Positions 46,261 to 55,218 of a DNA stretch of 61,401 nucleotides are shown here, in pieces; the stretch's first letter is position 1, and each line of letters opens with the position of its first letter. This stretch comes from a virus (lineage: Duplodnaviria; Caudoviricetes): positions 1 through 61,401 of the IMG/VR virus record IMGVR_UViG_3300047463_000183. One strand, written 5' to 3'. Position numbers and translations under genes: made by a program. Under the pieces are notes generated by a model. That model had not been told where the DNA came from and made no database searches. It saw only the letters and a list, made by a program, of their open reading frames with translations.

Positions 46261-47178
46261 TTAGATCTGAATGAGAGCGGCGGTGCCGCTGTTGTTCCAG
46301 GTGGCGACACCAGTGACGGCGTTGTAGACCACCGTCTTACTACCACCAGACTGCACGCGCAGGATCTTGCACGGCAGGGCGGCGGTGCCATAGGTCAGCG
46401 TCAACGTGCCAGACAGAGCGCCCGTGGCGATGGCACCCGAAGGAGCCGCGACCTGGAAGCTGAAGTTCTGGTTGTTGGTGAACGCCGAAACCGTCTGGGT
46501 GCCGTTCACGTAAGCAGCACCAGTGCTGGTGACGCCCGCCACGTAGATCGAGTCACCCACAGCACCGACCGGCGTCGCCGCCGCAGCGACCACGACGAAG
46601 GTGTAGAGACCCGTGGTGGCCGAGTAGGACGACGTGATGCTGGTCAGCGAATACGACGGCGTGGACGCATCGTAGGCTTGCAGGACCTGATTGTTGAAGT
46701 CCCAGGACACCGGCTGAGACAAGCTACCGCCCACCACAGACGCCGCCAGCGACGGATCACAGGCAACAGCGATACGAGCGCCGGAACCCAGCGGGAAGTA
46801 AGGCACCGTCATGTTGGCGGAAGCCGTCGGCACCGGAGACTGCGGGGTGGAAATCCACGCCGTCGCCTGATTGAAGACGCTGAAGCCAATCAACTGACCA
46901 GATGCGCCAGCCGTTTGCGTGGTCGCACGACCAACAATCGGGCCAAGCTCAGAACCAACACTGGTGCTGGAACCATACAGGGCGGGGACGTTGGCATAAA
47001 CGCCAACACCACCCCACATCGGCAAGGTCTCGGTAGTCGCCAGGACGCCACCGGCCAGCGCGAAGCGCACAGCCGGATCATCCATCGCGACACCTTGAAC
47101 GAAGCCGTAAGATTGAGTGCTGAAGCCACCATAGTTGGTGGTGGTCAGCATCGGGTTAACCGAAATAGAGTTAGCCAT
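46261..47178 (-). CDS. Capsid decoration/cement protein
   Basis: G.VQG.AMDDPAVR..LAGG, PMWGG; between scaffold and capsid. Confidence 0.7.
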   Translation of the reverse strand: MANSISVNPMLTTTNYGGFSTQSYGFVQGVAMDDPAVRFALAGGVLATTETLPMWGGVGVYANVPALYGSSTSVGSELGPIVGRATTQTAGASGQLIGFSVFNQATAWISTPQSPVPTASANMTVPYFPLGSGARIAVACDPSLAASVVGGSLSQPVSWDFNNQVLQAYDASTPSYSLTSITSSYSATTGLYTFVVVAAAATPVGAVGDSIYVAGVTSTGAAYVNGTQTVSAFTNNQNFSFQVAAPSGAIATGALSGTLTLTYGTAALPCKILRVQSGGSKTVVYNAVTGVATWNNSGTAALIQI

Positions 47179-47184
47179 TGGTCA

Positions 47185-48939
47185 TTAGCCTCCAATCTGG
47201 CGAGGGCGGAAGAACGGCTTGGTGATGCTGCGAGGAGCCGTGCGGAACTCACCCATCCAAGCACTCGGATCGCCCGCAAATTCAGTGATCATGCGATCAG
47301 CCGCATCCTTGCGACGGATCTCACGCAGAGAACCCATGGGAACATCGTTCGGATTGCGAGCAGCGGACGACGCATCGGCGTAAATCTGCTGTTCAGCAAT
47401 TTCCAGAGCCTTTTTCGGCAGATCGCGCAGGGAAACTTCTTTCCACGGCGCGGAATGACGCTGAAGACCCTTGGCGAGACGAATGCGGTAAGCCATCGTC
47501 GTTTCGCCCTGGAGCGGAGCGGGCGCGCGGTTGCCAAAAGCGCCGTAAACGCTGTCGGCTTTCGCCTGATAATCAGCCATCAGAGCATAGTCCGCGTCCG
47601 ACATGGACTTGGGCATGCGCGAAATGGCGTCAGACAGGCGGCGCAGTTCGGAAGCAGTGAATTTCTCCATGCGCTTCACCGAATCGCTGCGACGGTCATC
47701 GTCGTCGTCATCGTCATCATCCTTGCGATGTTTGCGGGCCTTGTGAGCATCATCATCGTCGTCATCCTTGCGGTGACGCTTGTCGGCGGCGAGATGCTTA
47801 GGCTCTTCCTTCATCGGAGCTTCGTCATCGTCGTCGTCATCGTCGCCCTTGATGTTCGACATGGCGTCCTTGCGGTCGTCATCATCGTCATCATCGTCGT
47901 CGTCGTCGCTGTCCTTCTTGTGGGCCATCTCCTTACCTTCTTCCTCGGCCCACTGCTTGAACGACTCATCGCCGTCCTTGCGATGACGCTTCGAGTCCTT
48001 GCGGGACTTACGGTCGTCGTCATCGTCGTCATCCTTGCGATGACGCTTCTTCGAACCGGCGCGGATCATGTCAGCGTCGTCGTCATCGTCGTCGTCTTTG
48101 CGATGGTGACGAGCAGCGTCGTCATCATCATCATCGTCGTCCTTACGAGCGCGACGAACATCATCATCATCGTCATCATCGTCATCGTCGGCTTTACGAT
48201 AGCGCATCATGGAATCCATGCGCTTTTCCATCGCATCAAGACGACCGCAGAGCGCGTCAACGCCCTTCAGCAGCTTGTCGATGTTCTCAGCGGCATCATG
48301 CCGCTCTTCCATTTCTGGCATATCAGAACCCTCGGTTGGTGTGGTGGGTAATTCGACTCCAGCCGGGGCACGGCCTTTGTCCCAAACGCCCTCTTCGCAG
48401 ATGGCAATATGGTCGAGCAAACTCGGCTTCCCTTCGACCAGCAGAGATGAGCCGTCTTTCAACTTCGCCAATACGTTGCCATCGGTGCTTTTGAAGACAA
48501 CGGCTGGAGAAGTGGAAAGCTGTTTTGATTCCATCGCCTTCGCGGCGGCGTCATCATAAATTTTGGCGATTGCCCAAACTTCCTCACCTTTGATGTATGG
48601 AAGAAGGACGGTGCCAACAATGCGATCAGCGAACTCTTTCGAGTTCAGTTTGCCTGTTTCTGGATGCTCCCAAACAACAGGCAATCCGTTGCATCGCTCA
48701 AGAAATTCCTGATTAAGATAAAGCTCAGGCGCTCTGTATACGTGTTCATTTAACTTTGTTCTGAATGCCGTTCCCGTTCCGGTGATACGGATTGCGAACA
48801 AAGTCACATTTTCATATCGTTGCGGGCTGGTCAGTTCACCATCGCGAATTGCTTTCGCAACGCCAAGTTCGTCCATGCCCAATCTTTCGATTGATACTTT
48901 TACTCCAGGATGCAGGTCTTCTGGGTTAAAGTCACTCAT
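47185..48939 (-). CDS. DUF2213-like prohead protease/scaffold with poly-Asp region
   Basis: YRAPE.YL, NGLPVVWEHP, LSTSP, DHIAI...G; central (H)RKD(n) blocks. Confidence 0.82.
   Translation of the reverse strand: MSDFNPEDLHPGVKVSIERLGMDELGVAKAIRDGELTSPQRYENVTLFAIRITGTGTAFRTKLNEHVYRAPELYLNQEFLERCNGLPVVWEHPETGKLNSKEFADRIVGTVLLPYIKGEEVWAIAKIYDDAAAKAMESKQLSTSPAVVFKSTDGNVLAKLKDGSSLLVEGKPSLLDHIAICEEGVWDKGRAPAGVELPTTPTEGSDMPEMEERHDAAENIDKLLKGVDALCGRLDAMEKRMDSMMRYRKADDDDDDDDDDVRRARKDDDDDDDDAARHHRKDDDDDDDADMIRAGSKKRHRKDDDDDDDRKSRKDSKRHRKDGDESFKQWAEEEGKEMAHKKDSDDDDDDDDDDDRKDAMSNIKGDDDDDDDEAPMKEEPKHLAADKRHRKDDDDDDAHKARKHRKDDDDDDDDDRRSDSVKRMEKFTASELRRLSDAISRMPKSMSDADYALMADYQAKADSVYGAFGNRAPAPLQGETTMAYRIRLAKGLQRHSAPWKEVSLRDLPKKALEIAEQQIYADASSAARNPNDVPMGSLREIRRKDAADRMITEFAGDPSAWMGEFRTAPRSITKPFFRPRQIGG
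47686..48200 (-). repeat. Low-complexity GAY(n) poly-Asp tracts alternating with basic blocks
   Basis: Eight runs of 6-11 Asp encoded by mixed GAC/GAT. Confidence 0.9.
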
Positions 48940-49352
48940 CGAACGATTTCTTTTCCTTGCACAGGTTCCTTGGAATCGTGCGGAAGAACTTTTGAAACAT
49001 GAACCCAGGCATAATCAGAATGCTCATGGTTCAGGTGTGGTTTGAATTTACCATCAACTCTTTTGATGAACGTCGTGTAGTCCACCATTTCATCGCTTTC
49101 CGGAACCACGCTTGGCGCGATCCGGCGCGTCCAATAACGCGCTTCACCGCCAGGAGAGAATCCGATCTCTTCTTCGCACTCACGCTCAGCCGCCTCAAGA
49201 GGCGTTTCTCCATCCTCAACATGACCGCCAGGGAATGCCCAGGTTCCAGCCATATCAGATGTCGGAGAGCGTTTAAGCAGAAGCGTTTCACCGGAATCAG
49301 TCAGGAACATGATGCCAGCAGCATGAATGATTTTTTGATCAGGCTGCGACAT
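48936..49352 (-). CDS. NUDIX hydrolase
   Basis: WAFPGGHVEDGETPLEAAERECEEEIG Nudix box. Confidence 0.92.
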   Translation of the reverse strand: MSQPDQKIIHAAGIMFLTDSGETLLLKRSPTSDMAGTWAFPGGHVEDGETPLEAAERECEEEIGFSPGGEARYWTRRIAPSVVPESDEMVDYTTFIKRVDGKFKPHLNHEHSDYAWVHVSKVLPHDSKEPVQGKEIVR

Positions 49353-50175
49353 TTGAATCAATTCTCACCCTTGCGAGTTCCGCCTTACCTTTGGCGGTCA
49401 GCATTTTTTCTGGAAGATCACGGAGATTATAGATGTAGCGATAATAGCACCGGCAATATACTTCTTCGCCGGGCTGCGTTATCTCATCTGTATATCCGTC
49501 TTCTCCAACTTTCATCAATCCAGACTTAATAGCCCAATTACCGCGAATAGCATAAATTCCGCTATCTCTTTCCGCATGATCTTTGCGGTAATTGTAATTC
49601 AGTTCTTTATAGTGGCTGTGCCACTCAGCCGCGATGGCCTGATTATCCCTGGCCAGAATATCGTTCAGAGAAGCGGCCAACTTATGACCCTGATCAATCA
49701 GGACGCGCCGCTCCTCGAACGGAAGATTGGATAAGGACTTCTTAATGTTGGCTTTCACTTCCATCTTATCAGCGGATTTTGTCCCGCCAATTGGAATGGA
49801 TGTAGCCCAACCAGAGAACCGTCTCAAGGTCTGATTGATTGACTCCTCACGATTCAAGCGAATTAAATTCGCTGAAGTCATAATTCGTCGATCAAGCTCA
49901 TTTCGAAGTTTTGGCTTAACTCTTTCAATAGTAAAGCGCGAAACTCCTTTATGGAATTTCAACATATTACCGTATTCAACGAACCTACGGTAAATGGTTT
50001 CAAGGTGTTGTTTCAGAGTTTCACGAAGGCTGCTTTCAGAGATCATGTCTCTTTTGGCCGCTTCTGTAATCCTCATCAACCACATATCAATTCGAGCATG
50101 ACTATCGTATCCACGCTCAGTCATATCTTTGACCGCTTCCGTTATCACGTCATAAAATGACATTTGACGTGTCAT
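49339..50175 (-). CDS. Minor head/head morphogenesis protein (Mu gpF / SPP1 gp7-like)
   Basis: R...IDQGHKL, YR.DH..RD, PGEEVYCRC; follows portal. Confidence 0.78.
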   Translation of the reverse strand: MTRQMSFYDVITEAVKDMTERGYDSHARIDMWLMRITEAAKRDMISESSLRETLKQHLETIYRRFVEYGNMLKFHKGVSRFTIERVKPKLRNELDRRIMTSANLIRLNREESINQTLRRFSGWATSIPIGGTKSADKMEVKANIKKSLSNLPFEERRVLIDQGHKLAASLNDILARDNQAIAAEWHSHYKELNYNYRKDHAERDSGIYAIRGNWAIKSGLMKVGEDGYTDEITQPGEEVYCRCYYRYIYNLRDLPEKMLTAKGKAELARVRIDSNVAA

Positions 50176-50185
50176 AAAGCGATCT

Positions 50186-50305
50186 TTCCTGCCAGTTGGA
50201 CGATGGAGACGTCAGTGACGACGCTCCATGCCCCGCCGGATAGGGCGAGGAGAGGGGACCCGCCCCGCCCGGTAGTAACATGATGGGTCAGCAACCCCAT
50301 CATGT
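50186..50305 (-). ncRNA. Candidate three-hairpin structured RNA between portal and minor head genes
   Basis: Three adjacent inverted repeats (50203-50229, 50236-50272, 50278-50305). Confidence 0.35.
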
Positions 50306-50307
50306 GT

Positions 50308-51738
50308 TCAATTGCTCAAGCTCATTGGGCGAGGCGGTCGAGCGTGCGGTTCTTCTGGCATCTTGCCTTCCGGCGGCTGAAAATTCTTCAGGTCGTCGTA
50401 ATCCAGAATAAGCGGCCTTGGGAACAGCAATCTGTTCTCGCCAGCGTTCTCCACAGCCCACGAAATCAGTTTTGGCCTGTTGTCTTCGTCGATCTGAGGA
50501 AGAAGCACTTCCAACATAGAAATAATGGCACGCTGACGGACTTCTTCGATCTTGGAATCCGAGTCAGGATCTTTCAGCAGAGACGGCCATTCAGCTTTGA
50601 AGCCATTTTTCCAGCGATAAAACGCCTCCTTATAAGAGACGTCTTTGTATTCTTCTGGATAATCAGCTTTAATCGTGTCGAAGAACTCTTCATTCCAGGC
50701 ACGACGCATGACGATTTCATCGAAAAATTCATAAATGGGTTGCATCCATTCACGAATACCGTCGATGTATTTCGCCATGTTCTTGGCGTCTTCCGTGCCT
50801 TCACCAAAGCCAGATACCATGGTCTCGTTTTCGAGCATCTTGGCTGGCATGTCGGCGGCGGTGGCGATGTTCTTCAGGATGTTGGTGCGGGCATACGTGC
50901 CAGCGCCGTCTACATTCTGAAGGTCGATGGATGCGATCTCTTCCGAGATATCAATCTGAAGGACGTTATTGGTCTGAGCTTCCTTCAGAAGCTGCCTCTT
51001 AACGCCCGCCAGACGCTGCATGGCGTTGTCGATGATCGACCCCGGCGCCTTTACCTTGGCGACCAGCAGACCAACCTTACGGGCCACCATATCGTCCGCG
51101 ATCATCGTATTGATGAAGGACTTCAGGGGAAACAGCGCCCGCTGATACACCGACCGGCCAACATAGCCGAAAGCAGACGTCGTGTATTCAATGTAGACGG
51201 GCCTCTCATTCATCAGAACGATGGACCGGCTACGATGATACGGCTGACCAGCCGCCGTTATGATCGTGTGTTTCTGGAAATCAGAAGCGTTCGGGTCCTG
51301 GTTCAGAACCAACGATCCCGCCGTGTTCAGCGGATCGAGGACGTTAAAGTAGAGCGAAAGATCCGCCATTTTTTCTGGCGGAATTTCATCTTGAGCCGGG
51401 ACACCTTCAGCACCAACGACAATCGAGCCAACGCCATAAATGCGTGCCACGCTGGCTGTTTGCTGAATATACTCGTCAGCATGAATATGCCGCCATTCTT
51501 TTTCGAACGCTTCTCTCACTCGCGTCTCTGGCGAATTAGAGACGGTGATAATTCTCTTCTGCGCCTGAGCCATCATGATTGGCGCATCAACCATCTTTCT
51601 TCCAAGAGGATGATAAGAATAGATGGTTTTGCAGATTTCGTAGCTTGGGTCTGACCCAGGCACAATTTCATCGCACATCAGCACTTGCTGAAGCGACGAA
51701 TTGAGATAAGAGCCTTGGACGTTTAGCGTGGAAGACAA
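50308..51738 (-). CDS. Portal protein (DUF1073-like)
   Basis: 476 aa after terL; ARIYG, YHRSR, G.SV, NIA.AADMP..L....GF.EG.ED, EW.SL. Confidence 0.85.
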   Translation of the reverse strand: MSSTLNVQGSYLNSSLQQVLMCDEIVPGSDPSYEICKTIYSYHPLGRKMVDAPIMMAQAQKRIITVSNSPETRVREAFEKEWRHIHADEYIQQTASVARIYGVGSIVVGAEGVPAQDEIPPEKMADLSLYFNVLDPLNTAGSLVLNQDPNASDFQKHTIITAAGQPYHRSRSIVLMNERPVYIEYTTSAFGYVGRSVYQRALFPLKSFINTMIADDMVARKVGLLVAKVKAPGSIIDNAMQRLAGVKRQLLKEAQTNNVLQIDISEEIASIDLQNVDGAGTYARTNILKNIATAADMPAKMLENETMVSGFGEGTEDAKNMAKYIDGIREWMQPIYEFFDEIVMRRAWNEEFFDTIKADYPEEYKDVSYKEAFYRWKNGFKAEWPSLLKDPDSDSKIEEVRQRAIISMLEVLLPQIDEDNRPKLISWAVENAGENRLLFPRPLILDYDDLKNFQPPEGKMPEEPHARPPRPMSLSN

Positions 51739-51739
51739 A

Positions 51740-51925
51740 TCAGTTTCCGTTCACAACGGCCAGTGACAATTTACGATGCTGCTGTATGTGTGATTCGGCG
51801 GATTTCGATGGTTCTAACCAATCGACAGTGACGCCAGCAGCCTGACATGCAGAAAAAAGAATTTCTGGTGTAATGATCACACCTTTACGCATCAATGCGA
51901 TATACAAAAGTGTAATCGGATTCAT
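51740..51925 (-). CDS. Hypothetical protein (61 aa)
   Basis: MNPITLL...; start overlaps the terL stop and the ORF fills the gap to portal. Confidence 0.5.
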   Translation of the reverse strand: MNPITLLYIALMRKGVIITPEILFSACQAAGVTVDWLEPSKSAESHIQQHRKLSLAVVNGN

Positions 51926-53217
51926 CAGAAACCTTCTTGATTGCCAAGAGCAATCGCGACAGCATAACAAAAAGCGTCCAATAAATCATCTTCATGCTGG
52001 TCTTTGATGCCAACCGTAAACATCAAAACCTGATTCAACAGATGATTTCTGACAGCCCCTTTGTATTTGACCGTCTTTTCGTAAGCGAACTTCGATAACT
52101 TAACCATATTCCGGTAAACATAACCGGAAATGGAAATCGCTCTTTCAGTCTTGCCCAACGCGGTGAGCTTACTGTCGATACGATTTGTATTCCAGCCGCG
52201 CCTCTGGCCCTGCTGAAGCAGGATCATTCCGCTTGCTTTGTCTTCCAGCCAGACGCCCAGAGAACCCATCTGAGCATGGCATTCACCGGCCAGATACTCG
52301 CAGTGTTCGAAGACGGACGGAAGCCACGTCTCCAACAAAGCGCCTTCGATCTGGCGGATGTCGTAATCCAGGATCACCAGCGGGTGATGACCCTCAAACT
52401 GACTGACGGCGCAGTAGACGACCGCCGTGCCATCGTGTTCCTTGCCGACCTTGGTCGCCGTGTCGATGACGGCGAAGACGCCGGAACACAACTCTGGATA
52501 CCGCACCGCCTTGCCTTCGTGCAGCATGTTCTCCAGCGAGAAGAACTGAACACCGGCCCAATCGACGAACTCAGCCAGATATTCCTGCTGCCAAACAAGC
52601 GGTGGCCGTTCTCTCTGCAACCGCTCCAGTTCCGCCGCTGGCATGAACGGGTTCGAACTGGTCGGCGCGTGGAACTCAGTGAAGCCGTGTTCTGGCTCGT
52701 TGCAGATGCGCCAGAAGAAGTTGTCCTGATCGACGCCGTTGGTGTTACTCAGCGCCGTCGCTGACCCCATGTAGTCCAGAAGGGTCGGCTGGATCGAGCG
52801 GTTCCAGATGTCCATCATGTTCGGCTTGGTGAAAGCCGCTTCGTCGATGATGACCTCGTGGTATTTCCTCGACCGGCCCGCGCTCTCGTTCTCCAACGAC
52901 CAGAAATCTATGCGCCCACCGGTCCTGGTCCGAATGACGCCTTCAGTCTTCGAAGACATCGAGATGACCGGCTTCAGCATGTCGATCAGTTCGTTATAGA
53001 CTTCCGCCTGATATTTGTAGGCGGGAGTGAAGTAACCGATCAGCTTGCCGTTGATCGCTGAGTTTCCAGCCAGGGTCTGCGCGAAGGCGGTTTTGCCCCA
53101 TCTGCGCCCGCAGCGAATCGCTTTAAATCGGGCCGGATGGCCGTTCTTATCCTGGAGAAGAAACGCATTAACCTGACCAGGATGAAGTGTCGGAAGCGTG
53201 ACGTTGATGGCTGGCAT
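51925..53217 (-). CDS. terL: Terminase large subunit
   Basis: LHPGQ, GRRWGKT, VIIDEAAF, QEYLAEF, IDTA.K....DGT, EDKASG, DDLLDA. Confidence 0.93.
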   Translation of the reverse strand: MPAINVTLPTLHPGQVNAFLLQDKNGHPARFKAIRCGRRWGKTAFAQTLAGNSAINGKLIGYFTPAYKYQAEVYNELIDMLKPVISMSSKTEGVIRTRTGGRIDFWSLENESAGRSRKYHEVIIDEAAFTKPNMMDIWNRSIQPTLLDYMGSATALSNTNGVDQDNFFWRICNEPEHGFTEFHAPTSSNPFMPAAELERLQRERPPLVWQQEYLAEFVDWAGVQFFSLENMLHEGKAVRYPELCSGVFAVIDTATKVGKEHDGTAVVYCAVSQFEGHHPLVILDYDIRQIEGALLETWLPSVFEHCEYLAGECHAQMGSLGVWLEDKASGMILLQQGQRRGWNTNRIDSKLTALGKTERAISISGYVYRNMVKLSKFAYEKTVKYKGAVRNHLLNQVLMFTVGIKDQHEDDLLDAFCYAVAIALGNQEGF

Positions 53218-53308
53218 CAGGCAAAATGACCCCTTGGCGGGTCGAGCCGCTCTTTTGGGCAGCGGTCCAGCTCAAAAGCCTCCTGCTGATCGCCCATAAA
53301 CAGACCCC

Positions 53309-53800
53309 CTATGACACGATCCTTTGGACAAGTAAAGGACTGATTTCAAAATTTGTTGAATTTACGCAAACAATTATTCTTTTCAGAGATTTTACCTTGA
53401 TAACCTCTCCGATCTGACCCTTCATTAATCCGGATTGTATTTGAACTTTGTCATTTACCTTGAATAAGGTGAAATTTTTATCTTCGAATTGCCAAGATTT
53501 CTCTTCTTGCTTTATCAATTCTATTGCATCATCGTTGATAACAAGATAATCATTGGTCAGTCTGTTTTTCATGATTGATATTTTTTCTGAATAAGACAAC
53601 AGAATGCCAACATTCTCTTGTTTTACAAACACATATCCAGGATACGCTGGCTCAATGAACAAGACCTTGGCGCGTCTTGTTCTGGATATCCTTTTTGTGT
53701 TCTTGATGACGGGGCAATACGCCTCCCCGCCATTCGCGACGACGTAGGCGCAGGCGGCAATCGTCTTGCCGTATCGAACCGTCCCTACGGTCCAACTCAT
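53309..53800 (-). CDS. NusG/RfaH-family transcription antiterminator paralogue
   Basis: NGN domain (EAYCP...PAYPGYVFV) and KOW motif (FKVNDKVQIQSGLMKGQIGEV). Confidence 0.82.
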   Translation of the reverse strand: MSWTVGTVRYGKTIAACAYVVANGGEAYCPVIKNTKRISRTRRAKVLFIEPAYPGYVFVKQENVGILLSYSEKISIMKNRLTNDYLVINDDAIELIKQEEKSWQFEDKNFTLFKVNDKVQIQSGLMKGQIGEVIKVKSLKRIIVCVNSTNFEISPLLVQRIVS

Positions 53801-54243
53801 TCAGCTTTCCCGTCGATGATTTTGGCTGGATCAGGCAGACCGCCGATCACGTTGATCGTGACCTGATTGTCCCTCTGGTCCTGGTCGTCCTGCTGGCGCC
53901 ACTTACCCCGAGCCTTCATCCAGAAGATCGCCGCCGGGACGCAGCCCTGGTCACGACTGGTGGCGATGTTGAACAGGTTCTGCGCGACGGCGAAATTGGC
54001 CTTGGCGGTTCCGGTGGCCAGTTCCTGCTTGAAATGGTTGTGCAGGGTGCCGACCGAGACGCCAAGGATCTCAGCGATCTGTTCCTGGGTCAGACCCATG
54101 CCGACCATGCTTTCGACCTGCTGGCGCTGGTAGCCGTCAAAGGCATACTCGCCGCCGATGGTGCGAGGAGCGACGTTTCCAGGACCGTTTTCCCGGAATG
54201 TGTGGGTCTGAGGCTCTTCTTCCAACTTGTCGAGCTTAAACAT
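53797..54243 (-). CDS. terS: Terminase small subunit
   Basis: HTH (GLTQEQIAEILGVSVGTL..HF..EL..G), AAIFWMKAR.KW; upstream of terL. Confidence 0.8.
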   Translation of the reverse strand: MFKLDKLEEEPQTHTFRENGPGNVAPRTIGGEYAFDGYQRQQVESMVGMGLTQEQIAEILGVSVGTLHNHFKQELATGTAKANFAVAQNLFNIATSRDQGCVPAAIFWMKARGKWRQQDDQDQRDNQVTINVIGGLPDPAKIIDGKAE

Positions 54244-54260
54244 TGACCACTCCATAATAC

Positions 54261-54283
54261 AGAGAGGGGGAGACCCCCTCTCT
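54261..54283. promoter_or_regulatory. Perfect 10-bp inverted repeat plus TA run upstream of terS
   Basis: AGAGAGGGGG-AGA-CCCCCTCTCT followed by (TA)n. Confidence 0.4.
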
Positions 54284-54299
54284 CTATATATATATGGAA

Positions 54300-54533
54300 T
54301 CAGGCCAGACGCCAAATACGAAAGCCATTCTCGACCCGGCGCGACGTGAACTTCACGCCTTCGACCTTGCCGTAAATTTCCTTCGCGACCCGCATGGCGT
54401 TGATGCGGTCGGACTGCTTTTCGACGAAAAAGCTGTCGCCCGGACGCATCTTGTCCACCGGATAACGCGGCTCGCGTTCACCCTTGACACGAGCGACGCC
54501 AGTCACCTCGATACCGTGCTCGATATGAAACAT
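54300..54533 (-). CDS. Small phage DNA-binding-like protein
   Basis: IEHGI...RYP..KM.PGDSFFV...F.SR.V..G.RIWR; GGAGAGG RBS. Confidence 0.7.
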   Translation of the reverse strand: MFHIEHGIEVTGVARVKGEREPRYPVDKMRPGDSFFVEKQSDRINAMRVAKEIYGKVEGVKFTSRRVENGFRIWRLA

Positions 54534-54631
54534 TACCCTCTCCTTGTTACAAGAAAACAACTCGTTATGGATACACGCACTTTGAATACGTCATAACTCA
54601 ACTCAAAGCATATCTGTTATGCATCTTTTGC

Positions 54632-55045
54632 ATGAATATATTTCTTGTCGCAAAACACGAAATGGATAAACATCCTAAAATGTTCAAACGAGAGAATGAC
54701 CCAGAAAAGATTAAGCGGTTTATTTTTTCAAATGATCCCGCTATAATATCAATCATGTTCGAGTCAAAAGGAAGGGAGTATGAATATAAGATAAAGACGA
54801 CTGATATCGTTCACGATACAAGGTTCGTTTATGTTGACGTTAACGGGAGACAAGAAGATGAAATACTGATTGGTTTGTTTAACCGGCAAAAGTTCGCCAA
54901 AATCCTCATGTGTCCGTTGCCGCACCTTGATCAACGAATACAAGCATGGATATGGTTTGAGGATCAGGTTCTTGTTCGTAAAATACGGCCATCACGTGTG
55001 CTTTTGTCCGTCAGCTTGAAAATGAAAATGAGGGAAAAGCAATGA
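54632..55045 (+). CDS. Hypothetical protein
   Basis: 137 aa, first gene of rightward arm. Confidence 0.55.
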   Translation: MNIFLVAKHEMDKHPKMFKRENDPEKIKRFIFSNDPAIISIMFESKGREYEYKIKTTDIVHDTRFVYVDVNGRQEDEILIGLFNRQKFAKILMCPLPHLDQRIQAWIWFEDQVLVRKIRPSRVLLSVSLKMKMREKQ

Positions 55046-55218
55046 TACACCTTAATGAAAAAAGCGTTCCATTTATTGTTGTTACAAATATCAAGGAGAA
55101 TACAAAACCAATATCAATCGCACTTTACGATGAAAATTCATCATCACTTATCATGTTGACAAAGCCAAAATGCATCAAGTTAATTGCCGAACTACAAAAA
55201 GCAATGGGAGAAAACTGA
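55042..55218 (+). CDS. Small hypothetical protein (58 aa)
   Basis: Translated by hand; overlaps both neighbours (ATGA, TGATG). Confidence 0.45.
   Translation: MIHLNEKSVPFIVVTNIKENTKPISIALYDENSSSLIMLTKPKCIKLIAELQKAMGEN

Noticed and set aside
45367-48351. 994-aa plus-strand ORF
   Set aside because: Antisense shadow of scaffold, decoration and capsid genes, which happen to share one frame and have strong codon bias; no protein-like motifs
45226-48939. Stop-codon read-through fusion of scaffold, decoration and capsid (all in frame)
   Set aside because: The scaffold ends in tandem TAA TGA and the capsid gene has its own AAGGAG RBS; no positive evidence
50302-51654. 450-aa plus-strand ORF
   Set aside because: Antisense shadow of the portal gene
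50308-51738. Anti-CBASS (Acb1) label often attached to DUF1073 proteins
   Set aside because: Size and position fit a plain portal; no separate phosphoesterase domain recognised
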